A DNA stretch of 64,000 bases from a candidate division FCPU426 bacterium (GCA_963847625.1 CAWKAR010000022.1:23012-87011), one strand, 5' to 3'; positions 1-9,926 are shown, numbered from the stretch's first letter. Made by a program: numbers and translations. The notes: generated by a model not told the origin, from the letters alone.

Positions 1-58
1 AGCCGCTACCACGTGGAAAGCCACCCTATCCTTTCGCTTTCAAATTTAAAGGACCTTT

Positions 59-214
59 TTAAGAATCTTGCGGATACCCAAGATCCGCTAAAACCCAGGT
101 TTTCAAACTAAATAGTCTGTCCTTCATGACCCGCTGAATCGAATATACCAATCCCATCATTTCATCCATGACCGCCCAGATCCGATTTGAAATAAAACCT
201 TCAATACGAGCCAT
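59..214 (-). CDS. small hypothetical protein (51 aa, MARIEGFISNRIWAVMDEMM...YPQDS)
   Basis: Manually read ATG(214)..TAA(59) ORF below the track cutoff; no recognisable family. Confidence 0.3.
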   Translation of the reverse strand: MARIEGFISNRIWAVMDEMMGLVYSIQRVMKDRLFSLKTWVLADLGYPQDS

Positions 215-316
215 ATACAAATTCAAATGAGCGGGCCGTTTTTATGTTAAAGTCATTACTGGATAGATGAAACCATTGGCTAGGCTTTTTACACTTTAGC
301 CGTTTCAGGAGGAATT

Positions 317-652
317 ATGGCTGACTCCCGTTATCTCAAACTCACCGGTAATTATTACTTTGACCCCATTCGCAAGGAAATACTTAAAAAGCAAGGGGGT
401 CAATTCGCGCTCGTACTTCATGACCGCCGGCGATTCAACCAACCCGTGGTCAAAGACCGCCGAAGCCGCTATGAATCCCTTCCAATCCACTTGAAGCCGA
501 TGGCTCGGGGTCTTTTTTGGGACGAGGAAAATATGAACGTCTATCGTAAAATCAAAGATAACTTTGTTCTTTACTCCAGGGACCGCCGTAAGGCGCTAAG
601 CTCCAGCCCGATCGGATTGAACCGTCGAAATCCCGCCAAAAAACCCAAGTGA
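317..652 (+). CDS. hypothetical basic protein with internal duplication and DRR motifs
   Basis: Strong SD CAGGAGG before ATG; two similar ~45-aa halves. Confidence 0.75.
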   Translation: MADSRYLKLTGNYYFDPIRKEILKKQGGQFALVLHDRRRFNQPVVKDRRSRYESLPIHLKPMARGLFWDEENMNVYRKIKDNFVLYSRDRRKALSSSPIGLNRRNPAKKPK

Positions 653-715
653 TTCACTTTTGATACCGGATTTTGTCTTTTATTGGAATGGCTTTTAAAA
701 CTGAATAAAGCAAGC

Positions 716-1567
716 TCATTTTACCAGCATGAGGAAGGCGCCCACCCGGCCCGTAGCCCGTTGCGCGGAAGTTTCGGCGCGGTGGGAATAAAAAAGGCCG
801 ATATTCTCGATGGTGCAAAGCTTAGGGCGGATAAGGTTCTCCGGTTTTAAGCCGATTTCCACAAGCTGTCTGGCGTTTGCTTCCGGAAGGTCCAGCTTCC
901 ATTGCATTTCCCCGCATTTCCGCAAGACTTCCCCGCCCCAGGGAAAAACGCACCCCAGTTCGGTCTTCACGTTCTCACCAACTTCGTAGCAACAGGGCCC
1001 AACGCAAGGCCCCATCGCGGCGCGGACTTCCCCGGGCCTGGTTCCAAAGGCTTCGGACATGGCTAAAAGGGTCTTGGCGGCCACGTGGCCGACCGTGCCC
1101 CTCCAACCTGCGTGGGCCAAACCGATGGCTTTATGGGTGGGGTCGTAAAAAAAGACCGGCAGGCAGTCCGCGACGAGAATGGCCAGGGGAATGCCCGGTT
1201 CCGAGGTGATCAAACCGTCCCCGTCGCCCAATAATTCCCCGACTTTTGGCCAATTGGATAAATTAACTTTCAGGACCTTGTTCCCGTGAACTTGGTTGAC
1301 CTGGACGAGCCGGCTCAAGTCCATATCTAGGGCATAGGAAAGAAGCATCCGGTTTTCTTTCACCCTCAGGGGTTCGTCCCCCACACGATAACTCAAGTTG
1401 AGTGAATCGTAAGGTCCCCGGCTGACGCCCCCCACACGCGTGGAAACCGCGTGTTTGACGACCCTGGAGTCGGCCAAACGGGGAAAAGTGAGGGTGACCA
1501 CACCCCCGTTTTCGGTTTTGACGGTCTCAGCGCCGAGCTTGGCGGTTTTCAAGATTCCCCTCCGCAT
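716..1567 (-). CDS. pgeF: peptidoglycan editing factor PgeF/YfiH (multicopper-oxidase-like purine nucleoside phosphorylase family)
   Basis: STRVGGVS, SLNL, QVHG, DGLIT, ADCLP, HAGWRG, GPCCYEV, FYSHR motifs; downstream of ftsZ. Confidence 0.93.
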   Translation of the reverse strand: MRRGILKTAKLGAETVKTENGGVVTLTFPRLADSRVVKHAVSTRVGGVSRGPYDSLNLSYRVGDEPLRVKENRMLLSYALDMDLSRLVQVNQVHGNKVLKVNLSNWPKVGELLGDGDGLITSEPGIPLAILVADCLPVFFYDPTHKAIGLAHAGWRGTVGHVAAKTLLAMSEAFGTRPGEVRAAMGPCVGPCCYEVGENVKTELGCVFPWGGEVLRKCGEMQWKLDLPEANARQLVEIGLKPENLIRPKLCTIENIGLFYSHRAETSAQRATGRVGAFLMLVK

Positions 1568-2942
1568 TTCCCTCTACCAGGTCCCGATAATCCAGGATCC
1601 CATCGGCAATGGATCCAGCGATCTGGTCCCTCCAATAGGGGTCACGAAGTTTGATTTCTTCTCTTTGGTTGCTGATAAACGCCGTTTCGATGAGAATCGA
1701 AGGCATGTCCACCCGGCATAGGACGTAAAAGGGGGCCTGTTGTACACGCCTCAGTTGTTGTCCTAACCTTTTTTTTATTTGTTCTTCGACTTTATCAGCT
1801 AAATCGTAACTGCGTCTTACATAAATTCTTTGATGAAGATCGTTTAGTAGTGAGCCCGTATAATCTCTTCGCCCATTTTCCCGTCTAGCTGCGCCTGCCG
1901 CGAAATTATTGGAAGCCTTTAATCCATAAACGTAAGTCTCAGTGCCGGTAGCCCGGCTGTGCCGGTTGGAATTGCAATGAATGGAGACAAAAAGATCAGC
2001 TTTATGCCGGTTAGCGAAATCCGTCCGGCCCCTCAGGCTGACGTAATAGTCCGCAGTCCGAGTCATCAAGACTTCCAGTTTAGGATCCTTTTTTAAGAGC
2101 TCCGCCACCCTTCTGGCAATTTCGAGAGTGGCTTGTTTTTCGAAATAATTTCTGTCAAAACCACTAGCGCCGATGTCCCGCCCTCCGTGGCCGGGATCGA
2201 TAATGATTCTTCGGACATGAAAAGCCTGGTTGGAAGGAGGCGCTTCTTCCTCAACTTTTCTCGGCACTACAGCAGGTGCGGCGGATTCTACGGCTTTTTC
2301 ACCATTTTCCCCTCCTCCAGAGGGCGTTGATTCGGCTTTTTGAACCGCATTGGAGACCTTTTCCTGGGCTGTTGTCTCGGGTACCGCGGTTGAAACCGCC
2401 ACGGTGTCTTTTTCCTTTCCTTGCGCCAAAATTTCATCCCGGATTTCGTCTCTTGGAATTCCACCGACAACCAATGCCTGCTGTTCAGGTTCCCAACGGG
2501 CTAAGACGTTTAATATCGCCATCAAGATATCCACAGCCGCCTCGGGGGGAATACCCAATTGACCCGAAACTACCTCGGCCGGTTCCATAGGAAAGGCACT
2601 AATGGGATCACCAGTTAAAAATACGGGTTGGGAAAGAACGGTCTTGATTTGGCTTTTTCCCTTCCCCAGGGTAACTCTTCGGGTTTGGGAGTCGAAATTT
2701 AGTTGGATTCCATAAAATTGTGCTACATCTTGCAGTGGTAAATATACATTTCCCTTTATATCTTTAAGAAGGACAACCTCGTTTTGATCCGGCCGGTAGG
2801 TATACTTGAGAACCGCGTCTTCTCCGGCGTTGGCGCCAACCGGAAAGATGAAAAAGAGGGGGCCGCAAAGCCACAGAGAAATAAGAAAAATTTGAAATGG
2901 GTTTTTAACCCACCCTGGGCATTTGTTATTAATAAGCGTCAT
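1527..2942 (-). CDS. N-acetylmuramoyl-L-alanine amidase (Amidase_3) with N-terminal extra domain
   Basis: IIIDPGHGGRD, EK, FVSIHCNS, PSILIETAFISN motifs; hydrophobic N-terminus. Confidence 0.92.
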   Translation of the reverse strand: MTLINNKCPGWVKNPFQIFLISLWLCGPLFFIFPVGANAGEDAVLKYTYRPDQNEVVLLKDIKGNVYLPLQDVAQFYGIQLNFDSQTRRVTLGKGKSQIKTVLSQPVFLTGDPISAFPMEPAEVVSGQLGIPPEAAVDILMAILNVLARWEPEQQALVVGGIPRDEIRDEILAQGKEKDTVAVSTAVPETTAQEKVSNAVQKAESTPSGGGENGEKAVESAAPAVVPRKVEEEAPPSNQAFHVRRIIIDPGHGGRDIGASGFDRNYFEKQATLEIARRVAELLKKDPKLEVLMTRTADYYVSLRGRTDFANRHKADLFVSIHCNSNRHSRATGTETYVYGLKASNNFAAGAARRENGRRDYTGSLLNDLHQRIYVRRSYDLADKVEEQIKKRLGQQLRRVQQAPFYVLCRVDMPSILIETAFISNQREEIKLRDPYWRDQIAGSIADGILDYRDLVEGNAEGNLENRQARR

Positions 2943-4119
2943 TCGTTTCTTCTTTTTGGACTTTTAGGTTTTTGTGTTTCAACCTGAAATACCATGTGTA
3001 TATCCGGTGGTTTCCCTCGTCGTCCTTGGCCGTCAAGATCAACATGTGTCCTCCCGGCCTCAATTTGGATTTAATCTGGTGGGTCAATATTTTCGTCTGG
3101 GGGTTGTAACGGAAAACCATTCGATGGTCCCCCAGGTGTAAATCCAGGGAGTCCGGAACAATCTCGTCCAATATTTTCGTGGAGATCTTAGGAAAAGCGT
3201 TCGAAATCACCTCCCCATCGTAGGGAAACATTTTTTCCAAATGAAGCACTTTGGTTTCGAATATTTTCCCGAATTTATCGTGGCCCAGTGGATAGAGGAT
3301 CAGGTAGCGGCGCAACTTCAGAGCTGAAACGGTTCTGTCATTCGGGCCCTTATTGACGGTAAAGGCCATTTGATATCCCTTTTCCTGGGTTTTTTTGACT
3401 ATGGTATCGTCGTAGACCCCGTATGGGTAAGCCAAGATGGTTGCTTTTCGATTGAATTTTTCACTGATAAAAGATAAGGGTTCGCTCAATTCCTCGTCCA
3501 GAATCCGGTTGAAATCCGCCGGTTCTCTTTTCTCCTCCTCCAAACCGAGGTTCAAGTGGCTCTTGGTGTGGGATTCCACTGCCATTCCTTTCCGTTGCAT
3601 GGCCTCTATTTCCGTGTAACGAAGGGATTTATTCTGTCCCCGGATGAAATCGGTGTAAAGAAAGAGAACCCCCGGATAGCCGAATTTCCGGAACACGGGA
3701 TAAGCTTTGTGGTAAATGCTGTTGAACCCGTCGTCGAAAGTCAAAAGAACCGCTTTGTCGGGGAGGGGTTTCCCTTCAAACCAGTATGCTTTCAATTGTT
3801 CGAGCGAAATGGGCACGATCCCGTGTTCCTTCAAGTATTTCATTTGCCAGCTAAATTCGGTCACCGGGAGCCGGTACATCGACAGCGTGGATTTCTGCCA
3901 TTCCGGATGTGAAACAAACCGGTGATAGCACAACACCGTGAAGCCGTTGTCCGGCGGCTCCGGCGTAGGCGTGAAAGCAACGGTGGCCTTGGGCGTTTCC
4001 ATTGGAGTCGCCTTGAGCAAAGCCTTTTCCCCGGCCAGCGCGGGCGCTAAACTTGCCAGCGCCAACGCCACCGTTCCAATGAAAAAATTTTGGTTTTTTT
4101 TCCGCCGACTTCCCGGCAT
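2929..4119 (-). CDS. secreted polysaccharide deacetylase (CE4, IcaB/PgaB-like)
   Basis: LCYHRF, LTFDDG, SHTKSH, AYPYG motifs; signal peptide. Confidence 0.9.
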   Translation of the reverse strand: MPGSRRKKNQNFFIGTVALALASLAPALAGEKALLKATPMETPKATVAFTPTPEPPDNGFTVLCYHRFVSHPEWQKSTLSMYRLPVTEFSWQMKYLKEHGIVPISLEQLKAYWFEGKPLPDKAVLLTFDDGFNSIYHKAYPVFRKFGYPGVLFLYTDFIRGQNKSLRYTEIEAMQRKGMAVESHTKSHLNLGLEEEKREPADFNRILDEELSEPLSFISEKFNRKATILAYPYGVYDDTIVKKTQEKGYQMAFTVNKGPNDRTVSALKLRRYLILYPLGHDKFGKIFETKVLHLEKMFPYDGEVISNAFPKISTKILDEIVPDSLDLHLGDHRMVFRYNPQTKILTHQIKSKLRPGGHMLILTAKDDEGNHRIYTWYFRLKHKNLKVQKEETNDAY

Positions 4120-4181
4120 TTTCCCCGCCTTTCATCGTCATCCATCACCGCCAGCCCATACTGCAGTCGGCGGCAGTTTCC

Positions 4182-5348
4182 TCAGTTGTTTTGGAACGGC
4201 TTGCTGGCCAAGCGGCGGCGCAAATAAGCCGGGATGTCGTACTGCCCGTCAGATAGTTTCAAAGCCATATCCCCTACCTCTTCCTCGGTTGGCGCCGGGT
4301 TGGAGGAGGAAGCTTTGGCGGTATTGAAACTGGGCGTAACGAAATTTTTTAGGTCGATCACCGTCGCCATCTCGGCCGGATCCTTCGGTTGGTCGAAACC
4401 AGTGGCGATGATGGTTACCCGGATCCCATCCTTCAGGTTCTCGTCTCGAACGATGCCGGGAACGATTTCGGCGCCGGGACGAGCCGCTTTCTGGAGGAAA
4501 CCGTTGATCTGGTTGAACTCGTTCAAGGTGAAGTTTGCCCCAGCGGTAACCTGCGCTAGAACTGCAGTTGCTCCTGCAATATCCACGTCCTCCAGAAGGG
4601 GACTGTTGACGGCCTTCTGGACTGCTTTCAAGGCCCGGTCCTCACCCGTACCATAGCCGGTTCCCATGAGCACCTTGCCCTTGGAGGTGAGAATGCGCTT
4701 CACGTCGGCAAAGTCGCGGTTGATGATGCCTTCCGAGTGAATGACCACTGAGATGCCCTGGATCGCCTGCACCAGTACCTCGTCCACGCGGGCGAATGCC
4801 GAGGTCAGTTCAACGTCCTGCTCGCAAACCAGGTTGATGCGCTCATTGGGAATGACCACAATGGCGTCCACGTGCGGCAGCATGGCTTGGAGACCATCTT
4901 CCGCTTGCGCTTTGCGCACCGGCCCCTCGTGCTCGAAGGGGCGGCTGACCACCCCGACCGTCAGGATGCCCAGTTTTTTGGAAACCTCGGCCACGATGGG
5001 CGCAGCGCCCGTGCCCGTGCCTCCGCCCATACCAGCCGCGATGACCACCATATCGGCCCCTTCCAGCATCTTCTGGATTTCCTCGGTGGATTCCAAGGCG
5101 GCCTCCCTCCCAATGGTGGGATTACCCCCCGAACCCAGTCCCTTGGTCAGGTTCTTGCCCAGCTGGATTTTCTTGCTGCCCTTGGAGCGCCTGAGCGACT
5201 TATAGTCGGTGTTGGCCGCGATGCACTCCACTCCCTCAATGCCGGCCTCGATCATTTTGTTGATGGCGTTGCAACCGCCCCCGCCCACTCCGATTACTTT
5301 CAGATGGGCCAGGTACTGCGTGACATCATCTTCTGCGAATTCGATCAT
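4182..5348 (-). CDS. ftsZ: cell division protein FtsZ
   Basis: GVGGGGCNA, GMGGGTGTG, INRDFADV, C-terminal DIPAYLRR. Confidence 0.99.
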   Translation of the reverse strand: MIEFAEDDVTQYLAHLKVIGVGGGGCNAINKMIEAGIEGVECIAANTDYKSLRRSKGSKKIQLGKNLTKGLGSGGNPTIGREAALESTEEIQKMLEGADMVVIAAGMGGGTGTGAAPIVAEVSKKLGILTVGVVSRPFEHEGPVRKAQAEDGLQAMLPHVDAIVVIPNERINLVCEQDVELTSAFARVDEVLVQAIQGISVVIHSEGIINRDFADVKRILTSKGKVLMGTGYGTGEDRALKAVQKAVNSPLLEDVDIAGATAVLAQVTAGANFTLNEFNQINGFLQKAARPGAEIVPGIVRDENLKDGIRVTIIATGFDQPKDPAEMATVIDLKNFVTPSFNTAKASSSNPAPTEEEVGDMALKLSDGQYDIPAYLRRRLASKPFQNN

Positions 5349-5483
5349 CTTAATCCCCCTCTTTTTACATCAAATTTTTACAGCTGCTTCCTAAAAACGT
5401 CCTTTCTCATCCTTGTATTTCTCTCGTCGCCTCTGCACCTCCTCCAAAATGTTTTAAAATCTAAATCCCAATTTTTAATTTTT

Positions 5484-6737
5484 TTAAACTGAATCTCCGA
5501 ACCACTTTTTCATCCGTCCAAGGATATTCTTGATGGAATCCCCGCTCGAAAAAATCCCGGCCCGGCGGCCCCCAGCAGCTTTTCCGGCTTGCACTCCCAT
5601 CAAAACCAGGCCGACGGCCGTGGAATAGATGGGATTGGAAACCACGTCGGTCAGGCCACCCACTCTCTTGGGGGATCCGATGCGAACCGGCAGTTGCAGG
5701 ATCTTTTCCGCCAGTTCGGCGGTCCCTTCCATGAGAGAAGTCCCGCCGGTGATGACCGCGCCGGCTGGAATCCGGTCCTCGAATCCGTGCCGCTTTAATT
5801 CGGCCGAAACCAGCTCAAATATTTCCTCCATTCGGGCCTCGATAATTTCGGAAAGAACCCTGCGGGGCATGCGGCGGTCGGGACGCCCGCCCACCCCGGG
5901 CACGCTGATTTCCTCCTCCTCCTTCACCATGGCTGTATAGGCGCATCCATATTGGATCTTGATGTTCTCGGCCTCGGTGTTGGGGGTGCGCAGCCCGACA
6001 GCCACATCGCTGGTCACGAGCGACCCACCCAAGGTGATGATTCCCGTGTACCAGAGCGAGCCGTTGATGAAAATCGCGATGTCGGAGGTCCCACCTCCGA
6101 TGTCCACCAGCATCACTCCCAGTTCCTTTTCGTCGGCGGAAAGGATGGCCTCGGCGGAAGCCAGGGGCTGCAGGATGATGTCCGAAACGTGGATCCCGGC
6201 CCTTTCCACGCTGCGGACGATGTTCTGCACGCTGGTCACCGCGCCTGTCACCACGTGAACCTCGGCTTCCAACCGCACTCCTGACATTCCAACGGGGTTC
6301 TTGATCCCGTCCTGGTCGTCCACAATGTATTCCTGGGGAATGACGTGGATGATTTCCCGGTCCATGGGAATGGCGATGGCTTGGGCCGCGTCGATCACGC
6401 GTTCCCGGTCCTCCTCGGAGATTTCCCGGTCCTTGCGTGACACTGCGATGACACCCCGGCTGTTCAAGCCCTTGATGTGCCCGCCGGCCACGCCCGCGAA
6501 GACGGAAGAAACTTCCACTCCTGCCATGCGTTCGGCGTCCGAGATGGATTTCTTGATGGAAGCGATGGTCTGCTCGATGTTGACAACCGACCCCTTCTTG
6601 AGGCCCGTGGAGGGAGTCGTACCCACCCCGATGATGTGGACTTGCCCCTCGTCGTCTTGTTCCCCGATGATGGTGCAGACCTTGGTCGTCCCCAGGTCCA
6701 AGCCCACCACGATGTCCTGCTTGATTTCTTTAGCCAT
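5484..6737 (-). CDS. ftsA: cell division protein FtsA
   Basis: VGLDLGTTKV, VDIGGGTSD, VITGGTS motifs. Confidence 0.99.
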   Translation of the reverse strand: MAKEIKQDIVVGLDLGTTKVCTIIGEQDDEGQVHIIGVGTTPSTGLKKGSVVNIEQTIASIKKSISDAERMAGVEVSSVFAGVAGGHIKGLNSRGVIAVSRKDREISEEDRERVIDAAQAIAIPMDREIIHVIPQEYIVDDQDGIKNPVGMSGVRLEAEVHVVTGAVTSVQNIVRSVERAGIHVSDIILQPLASAEAILSADEKELGVMLVDIGGGTSDIAIFINGSLWYTGIITLGGSLVTSDVAVGLRTPNTEAENIKIQYGCAYTAMVKEEEEISVPGVGGRPDRRMPRRVLSEIIEARMEEIFELVSAELKRHGFEDRIPAGAVITGGTSLMEGTAELAEKILQLPVRIGSPKRVGGLTDVVSNPIYSTAVGLVLMGVQAGKAAGGRRAGIFSSGDSIKNILGRMKKWFGDSV

Positions 6738-6788
6738 CCTTCCACCCCCTACCCCAATTTAAATTTCAAAATTCTTAATCGTTGCCGT

Positions 6789-7811
6789 TTATCTTGTCTT
6801 GACTAGAACCATGTCCTTGTAGCGGAAATCCATGGTTCCAACTTTTTTCCGCCTCTGGCTTAAATCGCTTAAAACTAGCGCCATGCGTCTCAACTCTTTC
6901 TCGGTCACCTCCGGGTTGAAAATAGAGGTGATCCCGTCGATAAATGTCACTTTCAATGAGTCCGGATCCGCGATGCTCATCTCGGATATATCCTGGGCCA
7001 TAACCGGATCCCGTTGCCGGACGAATTCGAAGAAATCCAGGGCGGGTTTGACCGCCTCCGCCAAACGGGTGGTTCCCAATGCGTCTGGTTCCACACTCAC
7101 CCCCGAAATGAGAGGCAAGTCCTCCTGAAGCAGGACATCCGAGGGGGAAAGCACCCGTCCGTTCCGATCCATTCCATATAGGGCCCCAGAATCCAAAAGC
7201 ACTGCTGGCTTCCTTTCCACCACCGAGATCAAGACGGTCTGGGGTAACCGCCTTTCCATAAACACCCTTTCCACCCAATCCAGCCCCCTCACTTTTTGGG
7301 CGGCCTCGTCCAACTTCAACTTGAACATGTTCACGCCCAGGGGTAATCCCGCGACCCGGATTACCTGTTCCTCGGTTAAGTAATGGTTGCCTTGCACTAT
7401 GACCCGGGAAAGCTTCAAACCCGCCATGTCTTGCAATAGGGCTGTGGATTTGTTTTTCGCCCATGCCACGACCAAACCGAGGGCTAGGACCAACAAAATT
7501 TTCACAATCGGGTGTTTTCCCTTCCATGCCGGAACCCGGATAACCCGTTTTCTGGGTCTTTCCGGGAATCGGGGTAAATCTCTCCCCGGCGTAACCCCCG
7601 GCCTGTAAAAGGCATAAACCTTCTGCCGATCCGCCGCCTCGAGTGAATAAGATTTGGATTCCCTCTTTCCCCATCGGGTGAAGGTACCTCCTTTCCCCGG
7701 TTTCCAGAGCGAGGGGACTTTCCAAGCCACGCCAGTTTTTTCAACCTTTTTATCGCCGGGAAAGCCGGTTTTCCTCAAACCGGATGAGACCTGGCTTCCG
7801 CGGTAGTACAT
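6789..7811 (-). CDS. ftsQ: cell division protein FtsQ/DivIB with long basic N-terminal tail
   Basis: TM + POTRA (VQGNHYLT...WVERVFMERRLP...VERKP), C-terminal DFRYKD; between ddl and ftsA. Confidence 0.9.
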   Translation of the reverse strand: MYYRGSQVSSGLRKTGFPGDKKVEKTGVAWKVPSLWKPGKGGTFTRWGKRESKSYSLEAADRQKVYAFYRPGVTPGRDLPRFPERPRKRVIRVPAWKGKHPIVKILLVLALGLVVAWAKNKSTALLQDMAGLKLSRVIVQGNHYLTEEQVIRVAGLPLGVNMFKLKLDEAAQKVRGLDWVERVFMERRLPQTVLISVVERKPAVLLDSGALYGMDRNGRVLSPSDVLLQEDLPLISGVSVEPDALGTTRLAEAVKPALDFFEFVRQRDPVMAQDISEMSIADPDSLKVTFIDGITSIFNPEVTEKELRRMALVLSDLSQRRKKVGTMDFRYKDMVLVKTR

Positions 7812-7816
7812 TTAAA

Positions 7817-8797
7817 TTACGCTCCCACTGCCAACTGAAAACCAATGCCGTTTCGGGTTTTCGACGCGGCTCTTTTCTTTTTCATGGCCATGCGTGTCAG
7901 CGTCGCCAAGAGCCGGGGGAATGAAATTCCCGCGGCCTTGGCTGCGTCCGGCACCAGGCTCGTCGAGGTCATTCCCGGCACCGTATTCACCTCCAAAATC
8001 TGCGGTTCGCCCTTTTTTGGAACGATGAAATCCACGCGGTAATAATCCCCACATCCCATGGCCTTCCCGGCCCGGACAGCGTATTTTTTCACTTTCCGGC
8101 CCTGTTCTTGGCTGATCCTCGCAGGAATGAGGTGATCGGACCGCCCTGGCGTGTACTTGGCGTCGAAATCGTAAAACTCGTTCTTAGGCACGATTTCGAT
8201 AACCGGCAGGGCTTTCTCTCCCAACACCGTTACGGTCACTTCCACACCGGGTATGAATTTCTCCACGATGGCCCACGAACTGAACTTGAAGGCCAGAGTG
8301 ATTGCTTTGGCCAATTCCCCCCTGTCCCGGATAATGGTGACCCCGATCGCTGAACCCGTATCCGCGGGTTTCACCACTAACGGAGTGCCGAATTTGATCT
8401 CTTTCAACCAGTCCTTCCGGGTTGTGCTTTCATGGAGGGCCTGCCAGGGGGCCGTGGGAATCCTGTTGGCCTCGAATACCAGTTTCGAACAACCCTTATG
8501 CATTGCCAAACCGCAGGCGAGTGCACCTGATCCGGTGTAAGGAATTTCCCACCGGTCCAAGAGAGCCTGCAGGCTTCCGTCTTCCCCGAACCCCCCATGC
8601 AGCGCGATGAAAACAACGTCGAAATTCGCCGCCTTGAGGCGTTTTTCAAGACGCCTTTCATTCTTATCCGCCGGCCCCAGCATGAACGCGGTCGTGTTCA
8701 GGCCTGCGGCTCTCAATCCTTCCACCACGTTTCCGCCGGAAAGAAGAGAAATTTTTCTTTCCGGGCTCCAGCCGCCCATCAGGACTCCAACTCTCAT
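7817..8797 (-). CDS. ddl: D-alanine--D-alanine ligase
   Basis: GGWSPERKISL, ALHGGFGEDG, IPYTGSG, FYDFDAKY, LEVNTVPGMT; start chosen at ATG after SD GGGGG (alternative 8818/8821). Confidence 0.97.
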   Translation of the reverse strand: MRVGVLMGGWSPERKISLLSGGNVVEGLRAAGLNTTAFMLGPADKNERRLEKRLKAANFDVVFIALHGGFGEDGSLQALLDRWEIPYTGSGALACGLAMHKGCSKLVFEANRIPTAPWQALHESTTRKDWLKEIKFGTPLVVKPADTGSAIGVTIIRDRGELAKAITLAFKFSSWAIVEKFIPGVEVTVTVLGEKALPVIEIVPKNEFYDFDAKYTPGRSDHLIPARISQEQGRKVKKYAVRAGKAMGCGDYYRVDFIVPKKGEPQILEVNTVPGMTSTSLVPDAAKAAGISFPRLLATLTRMAMKKKRAASKTRNGIGFQLAVGA

Positions 8798-8810
8798 TGT
8801 GTTCCCCCTT

Positions 8811-8864
8811 CTATTCATCAAATGACTTGTCCACTTCCGGTTCCCAGCCTTGAAACTCGCTCAT
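8811..8864 (-). CDS. putative linker peptide MSEFQGWEPEVDKSFDE between murB and ddl
   Basis: ATG overlaps TGA of a 3-codon ORF (MVE, 8861-8872); stop lies immediately before the ddl SD. Confidence 0.3.
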   Translation of the reverse strand: MSEFQGWEPEVDKSFDE

Positions 8865-8910
8865 TCAACCATCTATGCGTCCTTAAACCCTTTTAAGGTC
8901 TGCCCAGTCT

Positions 8911-9882
8911 TTAACTCGTTTTTTGAGGATTCCCAAAAACGTCCCGGATCTCATCCCGGTCCCAGTCGCCCAAGGGCACGATCTCCGGCTCCAAGCGGAC
9001 CAGGAATTTCTCGAAAACCCGCCTTTGAATTTCCCGCATCACGGCCACGACGTCATGGGCGGTCGCGTTTCCCTCGTTGTTGATGAAGTTGGCATGGATT
9101 TCGCTAACCCTCGCCCCACCCACTTGAAAGCTCTTTAAACCGGCGGTTTCGATCAACTTTCCCGCGGAATTTTTGTCGGGATTTTTAAAGACGCTTCCCG
9201 CGTTTTTCTCGGTCCGGGGCTGCTTTCCCCTGCGATTCCTGAAATACTCCTTTACTTTTTTCTCGATTTCCTCCGGGGGTTCCTTTTTCAACTTCAACAC
9301 GGCTTCCACCAGGACGTTTCCACTGCCCTTGAGAGATGAGGTCCGGTAGCCATAGGCGTAATCCCCCTTTTCCAGCCGGCGGACTTCCCCCCTCGGGGTC
9401 ACGACAGTGAGTTCCTGTACTAGGGGCCCGATCCAGGCTTTCTTGGCGCCTGCGTTTCCCACCACCGCACCTCCCAGGGTCCCCGGAATTCCCGCGAAAA
9501 ATTCAACGCCACCCAGGCCCGCTTCGCGGGTCTTCTCCAGCACGCTCACCAACCTTGTGCCGGCCTTAGCTCGCACCCGGTCGCCTTCGATTCGAACACC
9601 CTGGAAATTCCGTCCCAGACGGATCACGGCACCGCGGTAGCCCTCATCCGCGAATAGCACGTTGCTTCCGCCGCCCAGCAATAAATAAGGAACTTGGGCG
9701 AGGGTCAGGCATCGCAAGAGAGTCTCGAGATCCTCAACCGACTGGGGCTCCACAAAAACCGCGGCCTTCCCCCCGATGTGGTAGGTGGTATAGGGCGCAA
9801 TGGATTGATCCATCTCCACCCGTCCCTTGATGAGATTTTGAAGTTCGCTAAAGTCCACGCCTTTCCTTTCCAGTACAAGCAT
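8911..9882 (-). CDS. murB: UDP-N-acetylenolpyruvoylglucosamine reductase
   Basis: GGGSNVL, GIPGTLGGAVVGNAGA, YRTS, AGSVFKNP, HANFINN, LEPEI; alternative GTG start at 9858. Confidence 0.97.
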   Translation of the reverse strand: MLVLERKGVDFSELQNLIKGRVEMDQSIAPYTTYHIGGKAAVFVEPQSVEDLETLLRCLTLAQVPYLLLGGGSNVLFADEGYRGAVIRLGRNFQGVRIEGDRVRAKAGTRLVSVLEKTREAGLGGVEFFAGIPGTLGGAVVGNAGAKKAWIGPLVQELTVVTPRGEVRRLEKGDYAYGYRTSSLKGSGNVLVEAVLKLKKEPPEEIEKKVKEYFRNRRGKQPRTEKNAGSVFKNPDKNSAGKLIETAGLKSFQVGGARVSEIHANFINNEGNATAHDVVAVMREIQRRVFEKFLVRLEPEIVPLGDWDRDEIRDVFGNPQKTS

Positions 9883-9919
9883 TGTTTACTTCCTTCTCAC
9901 CGCCGACAGCGGCGGCCAT
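9848..9919 (-). CDS. putative linker peptide MAAAVGGEKEVNNACTGKERRGL between murC and murB
   Basis: ATG 7 nt after murC stop; stop overlaps the murB 5' end. Confidence 0.3.
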   Translation of the reverse strand: MAAAVGGEKEVNNACTGKERRGL

Positions 9920-9926
9920 CGTTTTC

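Noticed and set aside
5349-5483. Linker peptide between ftsA and ftsZ
   Set aside because: Short ORFs exist but overlap neither the ftsA stop nor the ftsZ start
6775-7725. 316-aa alternative-frame ORF over ftsQ
   Set aside because: No motifs; typical stop-poor off-frame of GC-rich DNA
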